Source: Toensbergia leucococca
Lineage: Eukaryota
DNA: 64,000 bases
Assembly: GCA_022813965.1 (NCBI GenBank)
Contig: JALDZS010000083.1
Location: forward strand, 1 to 64,000
Direction of reading: 5' to 3'
Shown: piece after piece, positions 34,366 to 48,026 of the stretch
How positions within the stretch are numbered: the first letter of the stretch is position 1
Layout: the number at the start of each line of letters is the position of its first letter
Translations under genes and position numbers: made by a program
Notes under the pieces: generated by a model
Told to the model about the DNA's origin: nothing
The model's database searches: none
What the model saw: only the letters and a program-made list of their open reading frames with translations

Positions 34366-37300
34366 TCAGGACTCCGTCCTGGTTTCCGCCATCAATTGCT
34401 CCCCTTCCTCTAATATATCTGTAATTCGAGCCAGATTGGCGATCGTATCCTTGCCGTGACCGACGAGTAGCAACTTCTCCGCGTTCGCTGGTAATCCTAA
34501 ATATGTTGGCGGTTCACGCTCAGGTAGCCGATTGACCCATTCCATGAAATCCCCCATTCCTGTTCCTCCAGGGACAATTAATTCTCCGCCGCCTTCTGTA
34601 TAATCATCAGCCTCCTTTCCTTGAACTCCTCCGACGAGCTTGTGATCTGTATCAAATGCTGCAGGCGTCAGCACGCTGTCGACAAGAACAGCCAGTTGAT
34701 TGAAATCGTCTTCACTATCGATCTTGCCGCCGTAGGCTTCTGTGATGAGTGCCCGGATGAGATCCCATGGCATCTTGAGGGGAGCAACGTTTGATCTGCC
34801 TTGGGCCACTGCATCGATCCACGTATCGATGATGAAGGCGGCACATTCATACTGGAAGGTGTTAGTACAGTAGCTACGCAACATTAGAAGAAAAGAGATC
34901 TTACATCGCTATCGTTAAACTCCCACAAGCCCCTCCAACCCAATATCGGCGCGTATCGTAGCCGCTCTTGAATCACGGCATGCAAGAATGACAGTAATAA
35001 ATAGACCCTTGCTTTCTCAATTGGTGGCTTGCTCGCGCGTAAAGATACAGAGGACAGGGAGTCCTTCATATTTGCCCTTACTCCCGCTGGCTGTTCGTAC
35101 ATGAGTATTCTGGATGAGCGAAGTAGATTGACCGGAATCTTAGGGCTCGTCTCCATGGACAGAAACAGTCTAAAGTCTGCATGTGGTTTCAAGGAGTTCA
35201 ATCGTTTTTCAAGACTCTGTAGCCACGATGGCGCGAGATGTACGTTTTTGATTAGTACCCAAGTTCCTGTTGCTGCAGCATTACTGATGCACTTGTCCGC
35301 ACTGGCAAAACCTTCACTAGAGCCCATGGCGACGTTGGAGCACTGAGCGTTCATCTTCTCCACCAAGCTATCGACTTTGTAGCTCGCATCAAACCCAGGG
35401 CTAGAGCTCAATGCGATCGGCGTCATTGGAGAGACTTGTTCGATTATCTCTTTCAGATCACCAGTAATCTCAGACAGATTCATGCCAAAAACGCCTGTGG
35501 TGAATTTTTCTGCAACTGGTACGAAGCGATCAAGCCTGAAGAGCTTGACTAGTAACAGAGCTCGAAGACGCTGGTCCAAGGTACTTGTATTTTCATCCCA
35601 TATTACCGGGACAAAGTTCTCTGCCAGTTCTTCGGTAAGAAATCGATCCCATTGTCGGGGTGAAATTCTAGTAATATGAGACTTCAGCGAGGGTATGCGG
35701 GAGGCCTTGGCCATGGCATCAGACTTCCTATCAGCGTTTGTGGAGACATCGTGACCTCCTAAACTCGGGTCTAGTATACAATCGATCAAGCTGTTGTCCA
35801 TTTCGTATGGCGAGGCATGAGCGAGAAGCATTGCAAGAGTGATACGATCTTTTTGTAAGAGACTGAGAGATGTCCTTTGGTAAGTGCTTACAAAGAGGTC
35901 CCGAAGAATGATTTGACCTCGAACGGTATAGTCTTTCTCGGCTCGTAGATGCGGATTGTTGTGGAGTACAGTATTGAAGATCTCCACAAAGTACTGCAGT
36001 GAAAATTGGTAGAAGTGATTCAGACATGGTAACTGCTCCAGGATAGCGAACACAGCACTACAAGCACGTGCGATGGTACCGTATTGCAATGTTATCGTCT
36101 CGACTTCGGCCATGACACCTTCGGTCTCAGACATCTTCCTAGAAATGTCTCCAGCCTCCTTCTTCAGAGTTTCAAGCGTCTGAATGACAACATCATCATC
36201 GAGAATGTTACCCTGAGAATCGTTGAGTGCTTGGAGCAAACTCTTTTCTAGCCCTCGCAGATGTGTATTGAATTCGCCTTGCATCTTGACGAGATTAGAC
36301 CGTCTGTTATCCACGTCTGGACGTTCAGACTTGAGGACATCGTTCAACGACTGGGTTTGAAGACTACTCTGTGTAACAGTGAAATTCACAAAGGTTGTCC
36401 GACTACAGACATCCGGTGGAAATGCTGCAGAAGGATCCCGAGTCGACAAATACAATTTAAATGTGGGTGAGAAGTCTATCTCTTGCTTGCCCAAGCGAAT
36501 CAAAACTCGACCGCCGGTCTTTTGGTATTCTTTGTTGAGAACATGATTCAGCACCGGATCTAGGTATTCAGCATCCTGTATCAAAAGAGGGTTCCCAAAA
36601 CGAAGCGAGCTTTCAAGTTGCTTAGTGAATGAATCGTCCAGGAAGCTAGTAACAGTGAGTCGGCGTTCCTCACTTTCGTTTTGAAGGAATTCGATAGCAC
36701 GTCCGGATGGATCTATGATAAGTGGATAGCGATTGAAGCGCTTCAAGATGATGGCATTTTCCGTACAAAGGTCATCCACAGGTAAAGTATTGTTCTGCCA
36801 TTTGAGTCGTTCATCTGCGGTAGACAAGTACTCGGTCATGGGGTTGTGCGGCTTGTAGTTAATGCCCGACATTGACAGTTGGCCTAACCAATCATCCATC
36901 ATGGCTTTCCGGAATTGCTGATCGAAAAGACCACTATATGCAAGGAAAGCTGCAGATACGAATACATCGCCGATAATGGTACCGATCTGTGTCTCAAAGG
37001 ACTTGCTACCCTCCTCCCATCTCGAGCGTTCCGAGGAGAGACTGTCTAGTAGCTTGACACTTCGATCGACCTTGGACTGAACGCGAGACATCTCGGTCTT
37101 GATGGCTTGTGTCTCACTTATGAGAGCAGCATATTCTCTCTTGTACGTAGCAATACTGCCCTCGAGACTGACAATGGTGTTCTCGATTGCTTGAGCTTCT
37201 GCCTTGGTTTGCAATGCTTGCTCTTCGAGTTGCTCGGCCTCTTCGCGCAGAGGACCGACACGGTCCAGAATTGCAGAATAATTGACCTGTGCCTCCACCC

Positions 37301-40300
37301 ATTGAACAAGGGGACCACAAGCCTTGCTTGCACGGTTGACTCTTTCATAAGTAAAGTCGTCTTTGGAGAGGAAATCGTGTTGCATCTTTACGCGAAGATT
37401 CCTCGTCATTTGTCGCTCATTATCGTATCCGACTATGCTAGCGATAAAGTCATCTCGGCGTACGATAGATTGTATGGTTTTCCAGCTGTCAACTTTATGA
37501 CCAAGTAGCGTACAGACAGATTCTAGGGCAAGCTTAACACCAGCAGGAGGATTGGCCATTGAACGGACTTCAGTCAGATGCTGCCGCTTGATATTACTGA
37601 CACTCTCCTGAGCATCTAGTACGGCAGGCTCTGCCATTTCCAGGTCGGCATTGACAATTTCCTTTCGTCTTGCTACCTCTTCCTCTTGCTTATCTAGATC
37701 AATCTGAATTCTCAGAGAGGTCGCTTTGCGTTGCTCGGCTTCGCGCTGGTCTGCAATCATTCGTTGTAACTTCTCATTGGCCTCCGCATCCTTGATCTCC
37801 AATTGCTTCTTCTTCTGTGCTAAAGATGCTCGTAAATCCCGGACCTTTTCCACAGTGTCTCTTAACTTCTCCAAGCCCACGTTCAAGTGGCGCTGTTCCT
37901 CTTCAAGACCTTCGCGTTTCTCGTTGAACAAGCGGACATACTGAGCTACAAAGTCAAGATAATGCCGAGGCGTGAGGTAGGTCACTCTTCCTTGCTGCTT
38001 CAGCAGACGGTAGTTAAGGCCTTGAAGCGAGTGGTGCACATGGACCATTGCATTGACCACGGCATCACGGTGAGACACTGGTAGTGTGAGATCTCCAAAT
38101 GCGATCGGGATGCTATCGGGTGCAACGAATTGGGGACGTTCGAGGTCCACGTGCTGGGTCAACTCTAAACCAACCTGGAACAAGGCCTGATCTGACCAAT
38201 CGCCAAACCAATTGAGAACGCACCGATTGAACAAAGCTGGACTCGTCGCAGCCTTTGATGACAGCCCCTCTTCCGGCGGGTTCATGGTGAAGACGACGTG
38301 TAGGTTCTTTACTATCTGTTGAGTGAACCATTTGTATAGTTCTTCCTGAGAATCTAGTAAGAGACCTTGGCGTTGAGCCCCTTCCTTGCAGGCAGTCATC
38401 AGTGTGGCAAAGTCGTCACCCTCGAATAATCCAGGGATTTCGGCGTTGGCGAGTAGAGTATTCATACGTTCAAGAAAGCCTGAGTCAAGGACATTGGATT
38501 CGTCCATAATGAAGCAAACTTTCTCACCTTTGCATCCAGAACGACGGAGGACGTCCCGTAAGTCATCATCGAAGTCTTCGGAGCTGTATTTCCCGTGGAC
38601 CTTAATTTGAAAGACCTTGAGTCCGTTCATCCAAGCTACAAATCGTGAGAGAGTTGTTTTGCCACTTCCGCTAACACCGATGAGTATGAGATGCCCTTGC
38701 GGCTGACGAAAGACCCTATCAATACGCAGGACATGCTCAAGCACGTCGTTAAATAAAACTAAGGGCACATCTACCTCCTCTTCACAGAAAGTCTTGAGTC
38801 TTGCTTTAACAAATTCTCTGAGATGCTCAAGTTCCACTGGGATGTAATTCTTGGAAAGCCAATTTGAGAAGAGTATAGGCCCTTTCAAGGCTACCTCCTC
38901 GTTGACTGCAGGGAAATGTTCAAGTGCAATCCGGCGGCTAGTGTCTTCAGTCCATCTGCGCTCGTCATCTGAAACAAGTCTGTCTTGAAACAGACGTAGC
39001 GCTTCGTGAGCCCAGATTCTCACAAGCCCCTCGAGTGATAGATTATCCAATGGGCGTAGGCCTTCGTACACTCCGCGGACCCATCTAGTCAGCTCGCGAG
39101 GCGAGTATACGTAGTGTGGCTGAATCTTGGCGGTGAAGCGTGTTTGTGATTCGAGGTAGAATTGTACCATGGCTTTGGTAATTGCTTCCGAGTAACCTCG
39201 GAGACTCGGTATAATTTTCAGGACAGCACTGTTAAACGTTCCGTAAATTTGGTGTAGAGATACCTCTCCAGGATAATCGACCATGATCACAGGAGCATGC
39301 CGAAGAAAACGTGCACCCAGGGGTGATCTTCCAGCATCAGTAGGAGGATTGCAGGCTCCGACAAATTGGATTCGCTCAAGCGTGACCCAAGTCTTATCTG
39401 AGCGCCTCCAAAAGCCATTTTGCTCGACTAGTTGTCGAAGAAAAGAGATGGCTCTCTGAGTGCCATACTTGTCTGGGGCCGGCAAGTTGATCTCATCACA
39501 GAAAAGGACTAGCCACCGTCCAATCTGGGTTGGTGACATGACAACTCCACTCAACGTTTTCCGATATTCGCAGTATTGGTCGAAAGTTTTGATTAGCAAG
39601 TCCGGCGTAGTGGCGCTTGAAAAGTTAAGGCCGACCACCTCCATATTAGGCAATTTACGCAACGCGTTAAACAAAGTCATGGTCTTGCCGGAACCTGGAG
39701 GCCCACAAAGGACCAGAGGTTTGTGCTCTGCCAGCCAAGAATACAATACGTCTTCATGGCGTACGGTATCCAAAGTTGGTATGACAACGTCCGTCTGGAT
39801 GATAGAATGCGTATTGATCTCGATACTCGGCACCTGAGATTGCCAAGGAGTCCAGTCTGCTTTAGGAAGGGATACATCGTAATCAATCAAGGAAGATGTA
39901 TCACTCAGTACAGGCGTACTGAACGTAGTGAGGCGAGCTACATATTCACCGAACTCTATCCGTTCTTTCATTGAGCAATCACCAGCTAGAGCCCAAATCA
40001 AGGCCAATAGCATTTTCTTCGCTACGAACGACTCGATCTGCTCAGAAGTTAGGAGAAAATCTTGGTGTTGAACATTGTACTCAATAGTTGTCCTGCAAGC
40101 CTTATTCAGCAAGGAGAATAATGTATTCAGTGCCCTGATTTCTGTGAATTCCATGATATGGGCGAGCTTTCGAGTTTCCCCGAGCACAGTATCGAGAAAG
40201 TTGCCATTGGCGAGATAATGCTCGAGAAGATCTGCAGTCTGTACTTGCATTGAAAGTGCTTGAGCTGATGTCTGCCCTACCGAGGCTGTGTCTTCGTCAA

Positions 40301-43300
40301 GGTCATCAAAAGCCGTACTTCGCAATCTTTGAAGGTAATTTGAAACCATCATGTCGGATGTAACAGTGTCGTGATTGAACCATACCATGCCACAGCGGCT
40401 GACAGTAGCAAGAGTCGCGTATTTGAGATTTTCAACCTCAAACATAATACGAACATTTGGCGGTAGATTCAGTCGTTCGCCATTGGGTAGGGTGAGAAGT
40501 TTGTTGTCATCCAAGACACTGTTTAAGTTTTCAACCCATTCGGGATCGACGTCGCCGTCAAAGACGATCCAATGCCTCTTAGAATCTTCCCCCCGTAAAT
40601 TATCCACAATCTTCCTTAATATGTTCGTATAGAGCCCGTCAGTCCATTCGCGCGTAGTACTATCAAGAGTTCCATAAAGAGCTTCTTTAGACATGACTTT
40701 GGAATCAATGATGTGGCAGACACCTTCAATACCTTCGACTCGGTGAAGGGCTCGCAACAATACCTTCCAGATGGATGACTTGCCAGAACCCGAATCACCT
40801 ACCATCATTACACCATGATGTATTACTTGTATTTGGTACAATTGCAGGATTTTGGTCATCCAAGTATCGTTGATGACCAAGTGTTGCTCAGCAGCTTCAA
40901 CTCGTATCGCCGTCTCGAGGCTGTCTAGGTTTGCTGGGACGTAACGAATACCAGGAAACGTATCTTGCTCGACCCGATTCATCGTCTCAACATCACGAAG
41001 AATTAGCTTTGGTGCGATGGTCTCCCTGATGCTCTGTACGATTATTTGGGGCTCTAGATACTCTTCCGGTCGAGAAGATTCTAGACTCGTGGACAGATGT
41101 GCTCGCTTCAAGCTACCAGAGCTGACCAGTACACTTTTCAGGGCGCGCAGACCAAAGTCATAGTGAGCTTGCTTAGTTAGCTGCGCTGCACAGCAATCGA
41201 AGAAAGGGACTGTCTGTTTGGATAGGCGCTTGGCCTGTTTGAACCCTTGAGAATAGAGCATGACTTCTGCGATGAGCTCCTTGTCTGGCTTCGACATGGC
41301 CACACTACGAAACAACTTCTTCAGATTGTCTGGGAGATTGGATCGCCCAGCATAACCTGGGTTCATAGTAATGAATATACCAGTATTGGCATCAACGCGA
41401 GACTGCCTTCCACCTAGCTCGATTTGAGCATTACCGTTATTCGAACCTCTCTTCAAGCCAAGCTGTATGTTCTGTATTTGCTGAGACACCGCGGAGAGTA
41501 TACGCTCTTCCAAACGATTAAATTCGTCAAAGCATCCCCACGCACCGACTTGACAGATACCTAAGAATATCCGGCCCATGGCTTGAAAGTCAAATGTATC
41601 GTCACAACAGAATACAAGCGTAAACCTCCCCAATTGGACGCCCAGAGCCTTGACAGATTCGGTTTTGCCAGTTCCGGCAGGACCATACGGAGACCCTCCA
41701 AGGCGCTGTGCTATTGCTTGAGTGAGTGTTAGGAAACAACGATCAGTTAGAGGAGTGCGAACGAGGCGCTCTGGTACTCCTAGGTACTCGAATCCGTAAG
41801 CCAGGTCAGCATTGGCCATCCTGATACGTAAGCGGTTGAGGACTTCGCCCTCGGGCTTATGAATGTAGCGCATCTGCAGAAGCCAAACGTGGTGGGATGA
41901 TGTTGATGCACCTAAATTCACGAGCTTTCCGATAACATCCCTTTGATGAACAAATTCAGTGATCAGGTGCTCACACTTCTTCCTAGAAAGAAAATGAAGA
42001 TCACCCAAAACAGTCAACGCAAGCATCTCAAGCATCTGGACTTTGGTGTCGAATAACGACGATAGTCCAGTGCCACCAGCGGCCAAGGCTGATTCGACAG
42101 AAGAAGTCCAGACGGCCTGGGTGGCTAGTACGACAATCTGCGCAGGATATGAGCTGATGTAGGTATTGAGAGCATTCTGATCAATGCCTGCAGGATTGCA
42201 GATTGATTCAAACTGGGCGATGGCTTCGTCCAGAAGCTCAGCCAAGGTCCACTTGATACTATTTTCCAAAGCTGCGAGCCAATCGTTGATCTTTGGTGTC
42301 TTTATAAGAGAGACGTGTTTCTTTAGCTGAACTTCCTCGCCCTCTTTGGAGGTGAAGCCTGTTATCATAGACTCATGATCCATTAATATGCCTGACACGC
42401 CAGCAAACATCTTCCTGAAATGCTTTGCAATTCTAATTGTGTCATTGCTGTTGCCAATGATTTCCAAGAGATCCTCATCACCAACAAAGTAGAATCTGGG
42501 AAAGGACATGCGTTCACGCTCGAGATACTCGCCTAATGCCTTTTGGATCTTGCTTAACTGTTCGGCAAGACGTTCCAAGGATTTCTGCACATTTGAAATA
42601 TTCAAGACATCGAGCACGAACGGCGATTTGTAAACCTTCTTCATGACGGCAAAGAATTCCGAGTTGATGTTTTGAAACCTTGATGATTCAATCGGTAGCA
42701 GGTGCTTGATATCTGCATTACCTGTGAAGACACCCTCAAGGTATACCCATTGCCTCTGCACGTCAATCCAAACATCGAATAGTACGTGTACTCGATTGAG
42801 TTTATCTTCCCACGAGGAAGCCTCCTCATTGAACCCTTTGTAGTATGGTGAATGTCTCATTGCTTGCAAAGAGTTCAAGTTTTCGCTACATCTGGAGAAG
42901 AGTTCATCCCATCCGCGGATTAATCGACATTTGTTTTGATAGTTGACTAGGTCGAGGGAGTAGTTTTGCCACGTATCTCGCACCTGCTTCAAGAATTCTT
43001 CCAAAGCCATTTCACCTTGTGCCTGCGAAATGATGTCTCGAATGAACGTCTCACTTATGGCAAGCTGAAGATCCCAAACGTCACCCAAGCGCATCGACAA
43101 TGGAGAGCACCTCTTTCCAGGCTTCAACGCTTTGAATATTTTATCCCAGTGACGTTCACGGACTGCTTCTGACTTCATGTCTGACACGAGGGGATTTACC
43201 TTTAGCAACTGGCGCAACACCGATTGTACATGTTCGAAGGCGGCATATTGGCGCATACGGCTGGGCATCTCTTTAGTCATCTTTATGAGACTTTCAATAG

Positions 43301-46300
43301 ACTGGCGTGATTTTCTGGGCTGAACGCTAGCCCAGAGTGTATCACGAAGGTCATTTAAGCTTTTCCATATGGTCGACAGTGCATTCCACACCGACATAAA
43401 ATCTTGCACCTCCTCTAGTATCGCGGACAGAACTGTCTCCGGATTACTAGGAAGATCGAGGGCTTCCTTGGCTTTGGAGACCATGTCTGATTCAGCTCTG
43501 AGTCGTGCAAGACGAGCCTGAAAGGAGTTCAAAGTGGCAGATGCCTCATCATGAGGCGTTCTTCCAGATACTGGTTTCTCTTGATTCCACTGAGCGACAG
43601 TCTCGCCAATTCGCTGATTAACGACCTTGTACTCGGCCGTTATCTTTGCTCGTAATGCATCTGACTGATCTTCAACAATCTTCAATTTGCGGCTTAAATT
43701 CTCATTGAGCGCAGTCCATTCATGATCAATCTGCTCGACGAAAAGCCAATCTGCGGAGAAACGGTAGCGCTGACGAGTGAGAGCAGTCTGGCCTTGACGA
43801 AATTGCTCGATTTCAGGTTCCCAGCTTTCGACTTTCCTCCTGCACTGCTGTACGACAGTAATAAAAGATACAGCTTGAGCAGTGGATGATGCTTCGAGAG
43901 ACTGTAATTCAAGGTCCCTGCGGGCCTTTTCGACTTCAGCACAAACTTCGCGCATACGGTTTCCCAGCCGCGCAGCAAATTTATGAAGAACTTCGTGTTG
44001 CCATTGGTCGTATTTGGCGTTGACTTTAGTCTGTACTTGCTCGTAGTCAATTGTTACGATTCCGAAAGAACGACTCGATTCCGAGGTATCGAATGTTGCA
44101 CGAGCCTTGCGAATCTCCTGTAGTAATTGAAGCCATTTCGACAGGTCTTCGCCCAGTACACTGTAAACTTGCTCGGATTGTAGATCCCATAAAGACTGGA
44201 ATTGGAGCCATTTGTCGACATAAGTAGTGACTTCGCGTAGCCTGCCTTCGATGACCTCGTATACTGCAGCAAGGTCCTTGATACAGCGCCCAGGCAGATA
44301 CGTGAAACGTGGTGTGGTTCTTGAAATATTGGTGGTGTCTGCCTTCATTTCATACCTCGAGGATATTATGATAGGAAGATTGCAAGCCACGCCTAGCCAA
44401 TCGTGCAATTGGGCCAACCAGCTTGCTCGAGCGAATTCTGGAGGAGGATCGAGATGAATAATTTGATTTCGCATAGATATTTCATGGACAAAGTGCTGCA
44501 GTCTCGGGGTGTCCACCTTTTCCTCAAGCTTTTCCATATTATCTTTGCGTAAGCTGTCCCCATCTGCTCCGACAGTTTTGAGATTGCAGAAAGTTTCCAC
44601 CCATATATTCATGGCCTTCCGGAGTCTGTCGATTAGAATACTCTCGATTTTATGATTCATCTCGTCCACCCAGAAGGCGAGATTAGCGTAGTTCTCAAGA
44701 TTGAGCTTGTCGACTGCAATCTGAATAGTCTCGAGCCTAGCACGGAGAGTTGGTGCATCATACGAGCATAAAGTCAGGTCGGTCATTGCCTTTTGAATTG
44801 TGTCATGAATAGCTTCCAAGGCAGAGGTTTTGCTCTGCAAAATCGACATAACTGAAGCAAAGTCGCGAACGAACTGCACATGCCTGCTTTCGCGGCGTAT
44901 GGTGACAGGCTGTCCATTAGTGCCTACATATGTGAGCGGTTTCATCTGAGCCTCGTAGGAGTGAACGAATGACTCCCATCTCAAGGTCAAGCCTGTCTTC
45001 ACGAGATTTTGCGCGTCCTTTTGGTATCCGCTAAGAAGTAAAGAAACTCTTGACATTGCATCAATGGCACGAGTGGTCTGCGAAAAACTTCGCACGCTTT
45101 CCATTAAGCTCACTGCATAAGGGTAGACTCGCTTGGCTTCTTTTGCAATATTGCTGATCGAGTGAGGTACCTGAAAATCCAACCACGTCAAGTTTCTCAC
45201 CTCCTTGAACAAGACAATGACATGAGGATCGAAATTAATGGTTAACTCCAGTGCATTTCCAAGCGCGCGGTTCTTTGCCACTCCAAAGAGTCCACCACTG
45301 ATCGTGATTCTCCGCTTGTTGACATCATGCAGCCATGATTCGAATATGAGTCGAGTATCAAGTTTTTTCCGGAACAGGTTACTCTCTGATTGTAGTTTCT
45401 GCCCTTCGGAATGGAGTATCCAGTCCGTGCCCAGGACATCCTCTACTCTTTTCATGTAACCATCCAGCTGCCTCTCAATCTGCCGAGCCCAGATTATTGC
45501 ACCGGAGACTGGAGGGAGATCTCGGAGTTGGGCCATTGCATGAGCCTCGGAATGACCATACTGCTGTTTAAATCGCTCGTGCAAGGCGGATATGTCATGC
45601 TTAACGTTGTCAATGAGTTGAGACTGGTATTCACCAATGGCACCTCGAATCTTTGGCCGAACTAACAGGGCATTGAATTTCGAAAATACTCGAAACATTT
45701 CATTTGCTGTCCCTGCGGTCGCCAAGCGATCTCTGAGTCGAGCGATAATAGAGTTTTCAACTCTGGAGGTTCTTTCGTTATAGGCTGTTTCCGCTTGTAC
45801 CCAGATCTGGGTTCCTTCCAGCGAGACGTCCAGGACGTCGACATCTTTAAGTGCAGCATATGCTTGCTTTACTTCTTGAACAGCATCAACATCACCGATT
45901 CCTTCGACAATAATGACGTGATCGATGCCAGTATCATCCTCGGAAGTCATATTCCGAGTCTCGGGACCTAAGACATTAATTATGGTTTGTTGGAGTTGCT
46001 CATGGTTAGTGCGAAACGTATTCACGTAGATCAGCCGATCTTGTGTTTTAATATGGCGAGGAGAAATCTTGATAGGAATGAACTTTTCGTTGCGCCGCCT
46101 AGTGACTTCGCGAGCAACGTTCGTAAAGTCTTTCACGTTGTCATCCCAAGTCCTCCATATGCTATCTGCTGTATCCATTAACACCTTGAACTCTCTGAAT
46201 TCCATGTGCATCAAAGTTCGACCGTGGAGAAATGAATGAATTTGTCTCTCGAGGTCTCCCGATATAGCGGAGACCAAGGGTAGAGCACGTGCGATAGGGT

Positions 46301-47548
46301 ATGGACAAATCCGCAGTTTTCTGTTGAGATGGCCAAATATTGAATTAAGCGAGCTTTGGACCTTTTCTAAAGATGTTGCAGCCAACAATTCATCAAGTGG
46401 GAAGTCCCGCATCAACTGATTGTATGTCTGGACCTTATCTGAAGCATCTTTCAGTCCTATATCCGCACTAAAGCTGACCGTGGCCTTGAAACGTTTCGCG
46501 TGACGCAAGATTTCCATGGTCAGCTGTACTCCATCACTCCTTAGCTGTGCCTCGACACCTTCTAGGGCAGATTCCATAGAGAGCCAGAAGTTTACTTCCT
46601 GTGCTGCTGAGCCACTGTCTGGGTCTCGGGACATTTTGGTAATGGCTTGTATAGATTTTATCCAGCTGTTGACAGTGTTTTGTAGGTCGTTGAGGAATCT
46701 ACTATCCCCTAAGAGGCGAGGAGGTATAGAGTCGATTGCAGGTTTAGCATGATTTGAGAGGGCCGTACTGACTACATCCTGGATGACGTCCGGGAGAGGG
46801 AGATGTAACTCTGGTATCTCGACGTTCTGCTGTAAATGGAGCAGACTGAGTTCTAATTCTGCGAGCTTTTTCTTCGTTCCCGTCACGCCATTTTTGGCAT
46901 CCGCACCCGCACGATCTTTATTCCCATCCAATGAGTAGTGGCCTTGAGTGTATGCATCGAAGTATGGCGCCAGCGCTAGATGAATTACGGAGTGCAAAAT
47001 CTCGAAAGGTGACACTGGCGCACCACCTTGAGCAAGACTGTTACTATCGAAAGTAGATAAGCCTGGGAGGTTGATGACTTGGATTTGTGAGGCAATTGGG
47101 AGGCGTGGGTCTATAGGCTGTGGACGTTTAAGTAAGGCAACCGCAGCAGTAGTTGTAGACGACATGGCTATCTCGGACGAGAGCGAATAGATGTAGTGGG
47201 GGGGAATTTCTGTGCTTGAGGATCAGCAATATGCTTTGAAACATCTCTCTCTCTCGATTGTATACCTGACAAGCTGTGTGTGCCATTTGTTTTGTCTTGG
47301 TTGGCGGAACTTTTCTGTACATAGAGGGCCACCTGCGATTCTGAAGCAAAGCGAGTGCATCGCTGCACAGTGTCGTCTCTCTTAAAGGCTGAGAGAATAC
47401 TTTCAGGACTCTCCAAGTCTTGCGTAGACGCCCCTAGAGTTATTTCAAGGAGATCAACAAGATGCTGCACAACCAGATTTGGGTCGATAGTGGATGGCTG
47501 GTTTGAAGAAGGGGGATGGCCATTGGCGCCAGGAGAAACCACGTCCAT
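34366..47548 (-). CDS. DYN1: Cytoplasmic dynein heavy chain (nudA/ro-1 orthologue), 3 exons
   Basis: 4093-aa central ORF with P-loops [24 protein letters not shown] and GVSGSGKT plus stalk coiled coils. Intron 47266-47210 restores frame to exon 1; the last intron is at ~34903-34856. Confidence 0.98.
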
Positions 47549-48026
47549 TTTTGGGGAGGAGTTGAATTAATTAGAAGTCTTCATTGGTAAGATTCCCCCA
47601 GACACAACTTTTGGTTGTTGTCTGTGAGAATTTGTCGCCGATGATAGAAGACCATCCAAACCGTGCAAAGCGTGTTTCTTTGTCGATTTGGAGTTCACGA
47701 TCTGACGCGGCGTGCCGCGGTAAAATAAGGTATGTACTATCCTATTCTACCTTAGTGTACGGATACGTTCTCCCATTTCTGCATTTCTGTCAAAAGAGGT
47801 CCAGGATCAGAAATCACAGGCAGACTCGGCGAAAATGTCAACAATGTCAATAGAAAAGAACATATAAATATGCACCCTCATTCTATACTGGCTCGGTCGA
47901 TTCTAAGAGCCCAATCTATCTGCCTACATGTTTCTTCCACAGCTCTCAAAACCAAAACCCCCATACACCAGAAAACAATATGCCTCCAGCCTCAACCCAC
48001 GCTATGCTTATGACCCCCACCCCCAA

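Noticed and set aside
35029..46752. Many short ORFs overlapping dynein
   Set aside because: Antisense or alternative-frame shadows of the dynein heavy chain.
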